Part shown: one piece after another, positions 1 to 13,200 of the stretch
How positions within the stretch are numbered: the stretch's first letter is position 1
Layout of the letters: the number at the start of each line of letters is the position of its first letter
Assembly (NCBI GenBank): GCA_051362555.1
Contig: CM120648.1
Coordinates: forward strand, 19,650,587 to 19,714,586
Length of the DNA stretch: 64,000 nucleotides
Source of the DNA: Lingula anatina
Taxonomy: Eukaryota > Animalia > Brachiopoda
Reading direction: 5' to 3'
Notes under the pieces: generated by a model
Told to the model about the DNA's origin: nothing
Database searches by the model: none
The model's input: the letters and a program-made list of their open reading frames with translations, nothing else
Made by a program: the position numbers and the translations under genes

Positions 1-4
1 ATGC

Positions 5-141
5 TATGTATCATGGGGGTGAGGGTGTTATCCTTTCCCCTGGGGCTGGGGCAGTATACAGCTGAAATGGTATGTATCATGGGGGGTGAGGGTGTTATCC
101 TTTCCCCTGGGGCTGGGGCAGTATACAGCTGAAATGGTATG
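5..141 (+). repeat. 67-bp tandem duplication of a ClC exon end (SFPLGLGQYTAEM) plus GTATGT donor
   Basis: Two near-identical units with donors at 70 and 137; the peptide matches ClC-2 TFPPGFGQFMAG. Confidence 0.8.
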
Positions 142-436
142 TTTTCTGGAAACAATTTACAGTAGGCAAGGGTTATCTCAAATGAAGCAAACAAATTACT
201 AGTTTGTCCGATTTACCAACACAACTTACCAAACACCCCTTTTCTCTATTAGTAATAGATACCTCAAAATGTACAGAGATTATGTTCAATCAACTCACTG
301 ACAAGTCCATTGTATTTTCAGTTATCAGATAAATTCATCTCTTTCCACAACTCTTGATAGTGCACCTGTCCTTTCAGTTAACTCACCTAGAAGTTAAATG
401 TAATTTCAGTTAACTTACTGATGAGAAGTCCAATGT

Positions 437-845
437 AGTCAGGATGGGAGAGCAGGTGTCTCCTATAGTCCCTGGAGGATATGCTGTAGTAGGTGAGTGT
501 ATGACTACATGGTATCCCAGTGAAGTCATGATGGGAGAGCAGGTGTCTCCTATAGTCCCTGGAGGATAAGCTGTAGTAGGTGAGTGCAGGCCCGTAGCCA
601 GCAATGTCAAAAGGGGGGTTCTTTTTCTGAGAAAGTGGACCTTTTTCTTTAAAAACTTTATGTACCTAGATCAAATTTTACCCAGAGTGGACCTTTTCCC
701 AGCAAAAAGGGTGGTTCTTTCGAACCCCCCGAACCCCCCCTGGCTACGGGCTTGGAGTGTATGACTACATGGTATCCCAGTGAAGTCATGATGGGAGAGC
801 AGGTGTCTCCTATAGTCCCTGGAGGATATGCTGTAGTAGGTAATA
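437..845 (+). repeat. 87-bp tandem copies of a ClC exon end (GECMTTWYPSEVMMGEQVSPIVPGGYAVV|G); first copy 5'-truncated
   Basis: Donor-like GT at 493, 580 and 840; copy 2 has TAT>TAA; a MITE sits near the start of copy 3. Confidence 0.85.
587..754. mobile_element. MITE with CAGGCCCGTAGCCA TIRs and 5-bp TSD (hAT5-like)
   Basis: CAGGCCCGTAGCCA ... TGGCTACGGGCTTG flanked by GAGTG/GAGTG. Confidence 0.85.
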
Positions 846-1178
846 TCATTTAACTCAGCAGTACTCTCTATCTGTTAAGATTCATATTAGAGTCCTCTAC
901 AAACCCATGATAGTAACTACAGGTATGAAAATTGATCACTTGGTCTAGTGTGTCAGTTATTTTAAATATTAGGGGAAAAATGAATATTATTATTATTATT
1001 CCAAACTGAGTTTTTCGGTTCATTATTTATTAATAAACCAGCTGTACATGTATCTTTATGCAGCAGCTATTGCTCTTTAGGCTGGCTGATATCGCATTGG
1101 AAAAAATGTCAGTGGTATGCTTGTTTCAATGTATTTTTGCTTTCATAATCATGAGGTGTGTGTTTATCATTTGTGTAG

Positions 1179-1276
1179 GAGCTGCTGCCTTGGCAGGAAG
1201 TGTAACCCACACCATTTCCACCTCTGTGATAGTGTTTGAGCTAACAGGACAGATATCCCACATTCTACCTGCTGTG
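1179..1276 (+). CDS. CLCN2: ClC-2 exon ([33 protein letters not shown])
   Basis: tgtag| ... |gtaaga; phase 1 to 0; strongly conserved ClC motif. Confidence 0.93.
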
Positions 1277-4200
1277 GTAAGACAACTGATTGTTTGATAA
1301 ATGTGATAGTGTTTGAGCTAACGGGACAGATATCCCACATTCTACCTGCTGTGGTAAGACAACTGATTGTTTGATAAATGTGATAGTGTTTGAGCTAACG
1401 GGACAGATATCCCACATTCTACCTGCTGTGGTAAGACAACTGATTGTTTGATATATGTGATAGTGTTTGAGCTAACGGGACAGATATCCCACATTCTACC
1501 TGCTGTGGTAAGACAACTGATTGTTTGATAAATGTGATAGTGTTTGAGCTAACGGGACAGATATCCCACATTCTACCTGCTGTGGTAAGACAACTGATTG
1601 TTTGATATATGTGATAGTGTTTGAGCTAACGGGACAGATATCCCACATTCTACCTGCTGTGGTAAGACAACTGATTGTTTGATAAATGTGATAGTGTTTG
1701 AGCTAACGGGACAGATATCCCACATTCTACCTGCTGTGGTAAGACAACTGATTGTTTGATATATGTGATAGTGTTTGAGCTAACAGGACAGATATCCCAC
1801 ATTCTACCTGCTGTGGTAAGACAACTGATTATTTGATAAATGTGATAGTGTTTGAGCTAACGGGACAGATATCCCACATTCTACCTGCTGTGGTAAGACA
1901 ACTGATTGTTTGACAAATGTGATAGTGTTTGAGCTAAAGGGACAGATATCCCACATTCTACTGGCTGACAAGATTGTTGGTCTTTGAAAAAATTTAATCA
2001 ATCAATTTTAATAATTAATTAATTAATCAATTTTATAAAACCAACACTTATTTTACATTTTTATGTACAGACACAGATGTGTCTGTACATATAGCCGTCA
2101 TCTGCGTCTGTTGTCGCCGTCGCTGTCGTCGCCGTCGTCGCCATGCGCTTTCACCGATAACACGATAAGTGGAAAACTGTTTTTTATTAAAACTTGAAAC
2201 TTACAGAATTGATGAATATTCATAATACGCAGGTCAAGTTTGAAAATCAGCATGATCGGGTGACTTGTAGGGAATTTATGCTGTTTTTTCACTTTTTTCA
2301 GCATATATGCAGCACCGTTAACACAATAAGTGGAAAATAATTTTACTTTTGGGCTTGAAACTTACAAAACTGATGAATATTCATAATACGCAGGTCAAGT
2401 TCGAAAATCAGCATGATCGGTCCATTTTTAGGGAAGTTATGCTGTTTTTTCACTTTTTTCAACATATATGCAATATTGATAACACAATATAAGAAAAACA
2501 GATTGACCAATTGTCATTATACTCACAGGAGTGGTCAATCTTACTAAAACACAGGTTGAGTTCGAAAATCAGCATAATCGTGCCATTATTTTAAAAGTTA
2601 TACTGCTTTTTCACATTTCCTCAGATTCAATTATTAGGCATGTTAACAGTCTCATTATTTAACTAATAAGATGCCTAAAAGTGTTTGTTTGATATTTCCT
2701 GCATCTTTACAACATTGTTAGTTGATTATGTAAAAATATTGGTAAACTTGTTATTATGTTTTACGTAATAAAGTGTCAAAAATGGAAATAAACTCATATC
2801 ATTGCAGTTTGTCAGATTCAATCATCCACTATGTTCAGAATCTCAGAATGTAGGAAATTGGTCTTTTAACACTGTTCTATTGATACTTTTTCCATCTCAT
2901 CAATTTTCTTAGGTGGTCATATAAAAATGGCAGTAAAGTGTTTATTTTGTTTTATGTTAAAAAAGTGTGAAAAATGGAAATAAACCCATTTCAGAACAGT
3001 GCTGTCTTGTTTACGTTTTGGCATTTTCAAGATATGACTTTGAAGATCCATGGGCCTGAAGACCTTTGCTATTCACATTTTCTGAATGAATATAATAAAA
3101 AGAAGTTAAAATCCTCAATTTTAGCCAAGGGACCATGAGGCAGTTCAGCCCCTGTTATGTGACTGGATTAAATTTAATGTTTAATTATATGTTTAATTAT
3201 AAATTTTAATATTTTACAATTAAAAATTGTTGGTCATTATGCTGTTAAACATTATGTAATATTGCATCCAAATTTGAAGAAACCCCTATTTTGGGCACTG
3301 CTCCCATGATGACCATTTAAGGAAAATCATGTCACTTACTGTTCTCCAACTTACAGGAAAGAAACATGGGACTAAAATACAGCTTCAGTAGGCAATGCAG
3401 TCTGTTTGGTTTTTTTTTTCTGGCAGTTAAACAGTTTTTTGTGAAAATTTAATTTTTCACATTTGGCATTTTCAAGTTGTGACTTTGAAGTTCTATGATC
3501 CTGAAGACCTTTGCTTGTCACGTTTTCTGAATGTCCATGTTACTAATATTTTATTAATAACATTTGATGGACATTATGCTGTTAAACATTATGTAATATT
3601 GCATCAAAATTTGAAGAAACGCCTATTTTGGGCACTGCTGATATGTAATGTTGCATCAAAATAGAAGAGAACACAATTTTTGGTGCTGCTGCCATGATGA
3701 CCATTATGGGAAAACCGTGTTACTTATGACTGTCAAACTTTCAAAAAAGAAACACAGGACTAAAATGCAGCCTGAGTTGGAAAAGCAAATTATTCTGTAA
3801 TTTTTTATGAAATGTTACATCAAAATTGACGAACATCTTTTTGCAGTGCTACTGCAAACATTATGAAAAGAAAACTTATTATTATTATTAACTTATGAGT
3901 ACTTATGATTTTTAGGATTGGCAGGCAGTTCAAATTAGAAAGCCAGGTCAATTGGGTTATCATTTATTATTGAATTTTATGCAATTTTGTGTGAAATTTT
4001 TATTTTTCTCATTCTGGCACTTTCTAAGTATAAACTTGAACTTTGATGGGCCTGAAGCCTTATGCTTTTTACCTTCGTCGGTGTTACCTGTTGTGCAAAA
4101 TTAAAATTTGATGTTGACTGTGCAGTTAAACATAATGTATTATTGCATCAGAATTGGTAGTCTCCTATTTTGTGCATTATCATTTTGTGCTTTTCTTAAG

Positions 4201-7200
4201 TTGTGACTTATGGGCCTGAAAGACCTTTGAGAGGGTCAGTCTGTAAATTTCCCTTGGGTATCACTTGGCTAATTTCAGTGTTATAAACTCATTTGCCTAA
4301 TTGATAGGCCATTAAATGAGATTACAGAAAGCACACTTGTTGATATTTCCCTGTAAACTCCCAAAGGTTAAGCTCTCTGCTAGATTAATAATAAGAAAGC
4401 AGTGATAATTATGCAGGTAAATTTTGTTTAATATTGCAAATAAGTTTTTTATATATATATCAAACTCAAAGGTTAAAAGTTTGAATGGCAGCTTCACAGC
4501 TTCATTGGAATTATATTTACCTCTGCCAAGGAGGTTATATTTTCACCCCTGTTTGTCTGTCATCAACATAACTCCAAAAGTTATAGACCAATTTTGCTGA
4601 AATGTTCAGGAACTGTCAGAAGTGGGCCAAAGAGGACAATAATCAATAATAATCAACAATTTCTGCCTTGGCAGAGGTCTGCACTCTCGGAGCGCTTTTC
4701 TAGTTTTGTTATGTTTTCCTTTATAATTTTTTCTCAAGCACTTGCATTTGTGACTTTTAACACTCATCCCCCTGAGGCTCTGACATTTCTCTATTTTCAC
4801 ATAAGCAGTTGTATTATTTTTTATGTCTTTCATCATTATGTTACTTATGTAATTGACTGTACAGTATTGACTGGTATCTATTTTTTTCTGTTGGAAGACC
4901 TTCAAAATGGAGGATGGATCAAAATAGATACTTTGGAATACTGTCAGAAAATATCTCTGGGTCCGCTCCTGTTATTGACCATGTTACCTGTTGTGCATGA
5001 TTTAAATCAGTGTTGACTGACAGTGCTATTATAAGCATTATTTATTATTGCATCAAAATTGACAAAATGACCTTTTTTGCATCTTTATTTTCTGTTTTTT
5101 TTTTGTTTTTTTTTGTCTGTACATTTGACAGCTTTGCTGCCTTGTCTATATATCATTTGTATACTCCAGATAGCAGTGTTGATAGCCAATGCAGTCGCCC
5201 ACAGTCTCCAGCCGTCCATTTATGACAGCATCATCCAGATCAAAAGGCTGCCTTACCTGCCCGATATCATCCCCACCAAGTCCAGGTAATAAGTGGTATA
5301 ATCCCCACCAAGTCCAGGTAATATGTGATATAATCCCCACCAAGTCCAGGTAATATGTGATATCATCCCGAACAAGTCCAGGTAATATGTGATATGATCC
5401 CTACCAAGTCCAGGCCCCCGTTTCACAAAGAATCTTAAATCCCTAGTCGACTAAGCTCGACTAGGAGTGTTTCACAAAGAATCTAACATCTTAGCTTGGG
5501 GTGCTTACCGTAGTCAACGTGCACGGGAAACTCTTCAAGAAAAGGAGGTGTAAAATTTCAAAACTTTCACAAGACATGATGTTTCATGGCCTCTTTCGGC
5601 CGAGAATGATCGCTTAACAATTAAAGTCAGCCAAAACACAAACAAAGTTTGTTTTTGAACTTTATTGATTAGTTTACTTCGATACAACTTCAAAGCAACA
5701 GTAAAACATTATCTTGTCTTGGAACACCGCTGTTGCACATCTAGCGGTCAAAAACATAAACAAAGGGGCCGTAGGGATAGTCCGAAGGTTCAATAGTCTG
5801 AAGGTTCATTGGTCCGAATGTTCACTATAGAACCTTCGGACCAATGAACCCTTGATTAAAAAATCGATGAAAATGTTACCACTTTTTGGACCAATGAACC
5901 TTCGGACCAATGAACCTTCGGACTATCGAGACGCCCCCTAAACAAACCCACGATCGGCTGGATGAAGGTGTATTTTATTTTTTATTTAAATGTTCAATAA
6001 ATGTCGGTGCAATTCAAGGACATTATAACACTATATCTTGAAGGAGGTATGTTCTTTCCAAATTTTTGTTGTTTATGCTGTAATTTACCGAGTTTTAGTT
6101 GAGCTTGCCGACTTAAGTCTCCTTCTGAGGAGGCTAGACATCGTCGACTAGCAGCTAAGAAAAAAATGACGTAAGCGACCTTTTAGATTCTTTGTGAAAC
6201 GGGACTTAGTGACGTAACGAGTTAATTACGTTGGTAACCAAGTTCTTAGTCAGGGGAACAGGCTTAAGTTTTTTTGTGAAACGGGGGCCAGGTAATATGT
6301 GACATCATCCCCACCAAGTCCAAGTAATATGTGATAGCATCCCCACCAAGTCCAGGTAATAAGTAATATCATTCCTACCAAGTCTAGGTAATATGTGATA
6401 TCATCCCTACCAAGTCCAGGTAATATATGTTATATCATCCTCACCAAGTCTAGGTAATATGTGATATCATTCCCTCCAAGTCTATGTAATATTTGATATC
6501 ATACCCTCCAAGTCTAGGTAACATGTGACATCCTCCCCTCTAAGTGTAGGTAATATGTGATATCATCCCTCCAGGTCTAGGTAATATGTGATATCATCCC
6601 CTCCAAGTCTAGGTAATATGTGATATCATCCCTACCAAGTCTAGATAATATGTGACATCATCCCCACCAAGTCCTGGTAATATGTGATATGATCCCCACC
6701 AAGTCCAGGTAATATGTGATATCATCCCCACCAAGTACAGGTAATATGTGATATCATCCCTACCAAGTCTAGGTAATATGTGATATCATCCCTACCAAGT
6801 CCAGGTAATATGTGATATCATCCCTACCAAGTCCAGGTAATATGTGATATCATCCACACCAAGTCTAGGTAATATGTGATATCATCCCTACCAAGTCTAG
6901 ATAATATGTGACATCATCCCCACCAAGTCCAGGTAATATGTGATATGATCCCCACCAAGTCCAGGTAATATGTGATATCATCCCCACCAAGTACAGGTAA
7001 TATGTGATATCATCCCTACCAAGTCTAGGTAATATGTGATATCATCCCTACCAAGTCCAGGTAATATGTGATATCATCCACACCAAGTCCAGGTAATATG
7101 TGACATCATCCCTACCAAGTCCAGGTAATATGTGATATCATCCCCACTAAGTGCAGGTAATATGTGATATCATCCCTACCAAGTCCAGGTAATATTTGAT

Positions 7201-7680
7201 ATCATCCCTACCAAGTCCAGGTAATATGTGATATCATCCCCACCAAGTCCAGGTAATATGTGATATCATCCCTACCAAGTTTAGGTAATATGTGATATCA
7301 TCCCCACAAAGTCCAGGTAATGTGTGATATCATCTCCACCAAGTCCAGGTAATATGTGATATCATCCCTACCAAGTCCAGATAATATGTGACATCATCCC
7401 CACCAAGTCCAGGTAATATGTGATATCATCCACACCAAGTCCAGGTAATATGTGACATCATCCCTACCAAGTCCAGGTAATATGTGATATCATCCCCTCC
7501 AAGCCCAGGTAGTATGTGATATCATCCCTACCAAGTCCAGGTAATATGTGATATCATCCCCTCCAAGTCCAGGTAATACTTTCAGTACAAAACATTTTTC
7601 TGTACGTGAAATATTCCATGTCAGATGTGTTATCATATCCTTCTTGCAGCCCATATTATGTACTTGAGAAGGACTTCATG

Positions 7681-7737
<57 letters not shown>

Positions 7738-9949
7738 GTCTGGTGTCTTTGCAGCACTCACAATGTGTTTGTGGAGGACTTCATGATCCGTGACATCAGG
7801 TTTATCAGCTATATCGCCACATACCAGGATGTGAAGAATCTGTTGGAGACATCCAAGTTAAGGACATTCCCATTGGTGGATGCCCCAGGTAGGGTACACA
7901 CACATGTGTAATGGCACTGGAGAAAGTTTGATTTTCTTCCTACAAATCAAACAGAGGCATGTCTGAAATCCCAATCAGGATGTGTTTTTATCCAGGGATG
8001 GAACCATGGTTCGTGGAAGCAGTGTTGAACCAGTCAGATTTTTAAAAATCAAAATATATGTGTGAAAACTCCTCCTCTAACCCTTATTTTGTCCTGTCTG
8101 TTATACCTTGAACATAGCACTGGCATATCAGGACCTCTGTGAGATTCCAAGACATGGGATTTATTAACTGAACATTGTACACTGTTCTGTAGTCTTCTTA
8201 CTTAGTGTTATATTCCAGTATGTCAGTTTTACATGATATTATCAGGTTTGAAAGCACCTTTCCTCTGATATTCCGATAAACTTTTTCATCAAACAGTTTA
8301 TAACAGTTATATATAAGACATTTATTTTTAGTATTTAGACCACTAACATATTGTTATATGTATACAATATAATGATATGTCATTCAGAAGACAATCAAAT
8401 CCATTATGTTGTGTATATTTCCAGAGTCCATGATTCTCCTTGGGTCTGTACAGAGACTGGAGCTGGAACTGCTACTGGAGGCTCAGCTTGGACGACAGCG
8501 CCGCCTGGCAGCAGTGGAAGAAGCATTACATAAACGGCAACAGGAAGAGGAGGAGAGGAAGAGAGCCAAGGAACAACTGGAGAAGAGGGAGTCCCAAGGC
8601 GATACCAAGGGACGCGACCAATGGCAGCCTGCAGTGGAGATATGTTGAACGCTGTGAAGGTCCACCGCCAGCCATCGGCCAGGTTTACGGTGACCCCTGC
8701 AGCCAGCAAGGTGGACAGTGGTGGACAGGTCCAGTTGAAGCTGGACTCCATGGTAAACAGTGTGTGTGTTTGTGGATTTGAATGATAATCATAGGGACCA
8801 TTCCACAGATGTTTGGAGCAATCTATCTCCCAGGGGAGCCTCACTTAATTACTATCGACTTAACTGGCTTAAATGTCTTTCAGGCCTAGTAAAGCTGTTA
8901 GGGTGTAATTATCTTTACCCCCTAGCTTATTTGGTGGGCTTGACAGACATTTAAGCCAGTTATTTCATAGCAATTTATTGAGACTTCCCTGGGAGTTAGA
9001 CCAATCCAGATGGTGTGATAATATATGTGAAATGATATTACTACATTATCTCTGCCATCATTCCAGCCACCAGAACAAACAGCTAATGGAGACACGCTGA
9101 AACCGCACAAGTACACCAAGGCACCACAGAGAGGGATATTAAAGAAGAGTCCCCGTCCCAGCCCCCGGGCTAGTCCCAGGGCCAGTCCTAAAGGAAGTCC
9201 TCAGTCTTCACCTCGCTCTAGTCCACCAGGGTCTGCCAAGACAAGCCCCACACCCAGTCCACAGTTAGGTTAGCCAGCTCTGGGATACTACACTGGTCTG
9301 AAAGTTAACTTTTGATGTATTAAGAACATGGCTAAGTTAAAGGACTGTCTAGAAAATATTCCAGTTTTTATTAAAATCACACTGCAATTTCTCAAAAAAA
9401 AAAAAAAAAAAAAGAAGGGTATAGTGTTTATAATTTGGTATAAAAAAATGAATGATCATGAATAATTATTTAGAATTACTGAATTAGAGTAATGTGATTA
9501 TTAAGTAATCTTTACATTAGCTTGATGCAAGATGAGGTTAAAAATTGCTTACATTTAAAAAGATAATTTTAACCCTCTATAACAGGTACCTATATAGTAT
9601 ATACACCCTTAGGTTTATTTACCATCACACTATTGTTTTCCATGTGCCTTTCTCTGTTTATTTTGATAATGAAGTTTGATTAATTTTGATTTTACAGAAA
9701 AGAAATTCAGCATTGGGCTGGCAAAGATTTTCAAATCTCGAAGTAAAGAAAGTATCGCGGACAGTACGGCTTCCGAAGATGATGAAGCTCAGGTAACTAT
9801 GGCAACAAACTGTAAACAGCATGGAATGTTTCAGTTTAAAAGTCAATATTTACAGGGTTCTGTATTCTACTTATGAAGGATTAACAGTAAGAGGACTCCA
9901 GTATATCTAGTTATATTATATTATGTATAGCACCGTGAATATCATAAGA

Positions 9950-10010
<61 letters not shown>

Positions 10011-10165
10011 TATTATACATAGCATCTTGAGGGTAGTGGCTAAGTTTACATTTATCTATTCATCTGTGTTTAATGTTATTTTTGATTTATTTATATCTTT
10101 TTGCATGTGCTGTAGGTCTTTGCATACATGAAGTACCAGTTTGAAGTGAATAGTTAATACTTGAA

Positions 10166-10230
<65 letters not shown>

Positions 10231-13200
10231 ATAGAGTGACCATGATGTAAGGTTTAAAAGTGTGATACTGATACTTGGGTCATCCAGACACCATTAAACT
10301 ACCTGAAGGTCAACATGTCAACATACCTGTATCTACCCAGGCTTGTCAACTGTTTGCCCTCTGAGTCAGTACAACAGTTAGTGTGTGGTATTACACCATT
10401 AAAACTACCTGAAGGTCAACATACCTGTATCTACCCAGGCTTGTCAACTGTTTGCCCTCTGAGTCAGTACAACAGTTAGTGTGTGGTATTAAGCCTGGGC
10501 TAACAGCCAACTGCCGTATGCACTGTACACTTAGTGTTATATACAGCATATAGTTTCATTCTCATGGTCTGTCTGATTTGGTGAAATGTTGATATTAACT
10601 GTAAGTGAAATGGTCTGGGTATTATTTGAATGATTGTCTGCTTTTATATTATATTTCACTATTGACAGGATTCCTCCCTATATGAGTTGTATGTATGTTA
10701 TCATATTATATTTCACAATTGACAGGATTCCTCCCTGTATGAGTTGGACCCTGAGTCTGACAGGTTCTTACACAGGCGTGGCAAACATGCCCATGTAAAG
10801 CTGGTAAGAAGATGGCTGCTGCTTAACAAACCACTTTTTATTTGATCATGTGACTTGTTATCTAGTCATGTGACCACAGCTTTTGACCACATGTTTTGCC
10901 ATTGTTTCACAACTTTTGACTGCAGTGTGTAGGTAATTTAATTTTTGTAGCAGATTGCTGTGAGTGTGTTTTATCATAACCCATTTTATGTTTGTAGTTT
11001 CAAGCAAGTCTGTTGCCATTGTGTGGCTTAGTTTTAGTTTTCTTATATGGTAAAATTTTCAGAGCTCCCCTTGTGTCTGTAAGTACAGCTTGATGATTGC
11101 AGTTGTCAAAGTTGCAGGTTGTTATCAATTTTCTGTATAGATTTTGCTAAGAATAAGATTGGAATGCTGTTATTTTGCTGTGATCATTTTTGAGGATGAG
11201 ACAGAAAGGCATGACTACAGGTAATGTTGTTATAGATAGACTTAGGAAACTATAGAGAAATACACCTTTACTGCTGATTGAAAAGAACAGAACCCAATTG
11301 TCAAAATGTAATGAAAAGTAGATTCTAATCATTTTGTAGGGGTGTTCTAACAAAAATAGCATCTGCACCAAAAGTTGCTTCTGTTTTGATATTTTTTTCT
11401 GCTCGCAGTGAAAACCAATATGTTTTGTCTACAAAATCATTTACATTTGGATTGAAACATATATTCTTGAGACTCTGACTGCTTGGATTGATATACAGTT
11501 TTATTTTGTAAACAATTGTATTATTATTTTCTTTCTTGTAATCAATTAATAGTCTTCACATCCAAAAGAACTTCAGAGCAACCCAAGATGAGACACTAAA
11601 AAAACTGGACTGGTTTTCTGACTGTTCATGTAGTTCGAATCCCATAAATATGTCTGGCATTTTAATAAATGACACATGCAGATATCAAAGAACCATCACA
11701 AGTTAGAGCACATTTACTCTCCCTGTAGGTTGCCACCTTGGTGCAGAGGATCGATTTGTGAGATCATGTCCTCAGTTGTTGTTCAGTGATGGTGGTAATA
11801 GTATAGGGGTGGTGTTATCATGTAAACTGTTATGAGGGGAATTGTCCAATGGCTGCTGCCCAATTGAATTCAATGGATGAACACTGATTTATAACATTCT
11901 TAACAGATGATATTGTGCAAACAATTCTGTTGGGAAGTATAAAATGGCATATGAACAAAAACCAGTTGAAAATGAAGATGAACATGCACTGACGTTGACA
12001 GGGGTCAGCTGCTATCTGCTTTCTCTGTGCACCAGCTTATAATATTACTAGTTGTACATATTTGGGGAAGTTCCTTAACTGACTGCCACTCCCCCCCCCC
12101 CCCCCCCCCCCCCCCCCCCACTCCTGCACAATGGTTATCTTCATCTGACATCTACTAATGTGACTATCATGTTTCTTCCTACTGTCTATACTTTCCTGTG
12201 TACAGCATAAATACCTTGCATGTTGAGGCCTGGTGGCCTAAAATCTTATGATTTATGGTGGTTCATCCATTGGCATGCTTTAAAAATATGTCTTTATGTA
12301 TACTAACACCTTTATTATTTGATTTCAGTTGTCAAGAAATACCCTTCCTCCTTACATTCTCTTTAAATTTTATAGTACAGGGATGGGAGCATCCTCCTTC
12401 AAATTTTGAATTACAGGGATGGAAATTTCCCAAGGTTTTAGCAGAAAAGACAACTACATTTTGTTAGAAATGCTACAAGAGTAGGAGACGTCAGTGTTGA
12501 AAAGTAGGTGCAGGTTCCTTTCTCTCCAAACATTGTTTGTTCCCATCCCTGTACATGATATGTAGCAGTTAAAACACCATTAAACCAGCACTTTGATGTG
12601 CAGCATATTTAAGACACCATTCCCAGAGCCTATCGCACTAACTTTGGATCGGTCTAGGGGGATTCCCACTAAATTGCTATCAAATTTAACAGCTTAGATG
12701 TCTCGCACACCCACTGATGCTGTTAGGGGGTAATAAACTCATTAAGCAGCTTTAGCAGATGTGCCAGACATCTAAGCTGCTTAAGCTGAAAGCAATTTAG
12801 GGAGAAACCCCTTGGAGATAGTTCAATCTTCTAAGATCGATCTAGGCATGGTAACCCAGTCTTATACCTTATTAGTCAACTCTGTTATGTGCATGTGCAG
12901 CATATTTAATATCCTATCAGTCAACAATGTACCTTGTACCTTGATAGCATGTGCATGATATCCATACCCTTATATTTGCTGATCACATTATTGTCAAATA
13001 CACAATTTTCCAAATATTTATTTCAAAGCAAGGCTTCAAGTGATGGATTGTCATATGCACATATTTATTGTTGATGTTTAAGGAGGCTCAGTATGTAGAT
13101 CAGTATTATTTACAGTGGTTTTCTATTAATATTGGGTTGAAAGTTACATTGCACTTGCTGTTTCTTAGATAGTTTGATTTGCAGTCAACAATTTTAGGTA

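Larger units (their letters stand above)
5263..7577 (+). repeat. 32-bp minisatellite (about 45 units) = last 23 nt of exon plus 9 nt of donor (GATATCATCCCCACCAAGTCCAG|GTAATATGT)
   Basis: Direct 32-bp periodicity; interrupted by a MITE at 5414-6288. Confidence 0.95.

Noticed and set aside
5263-7577. CRISPR-like array of about 32-bp repeats
   Set aside because: Units are head-to-tail with no unique spacers, there are no cas genes, the context is eukaryotic, and the unit is the adjacent exon end.
11553-11762. Extra ClC exons after acceptor-like AGs (11553, 11729)
   Set aside because: In-frame stops follow quickly in phase 0 and there is no convincing donor; alternative terminal exons cannot be supported without RNA data.
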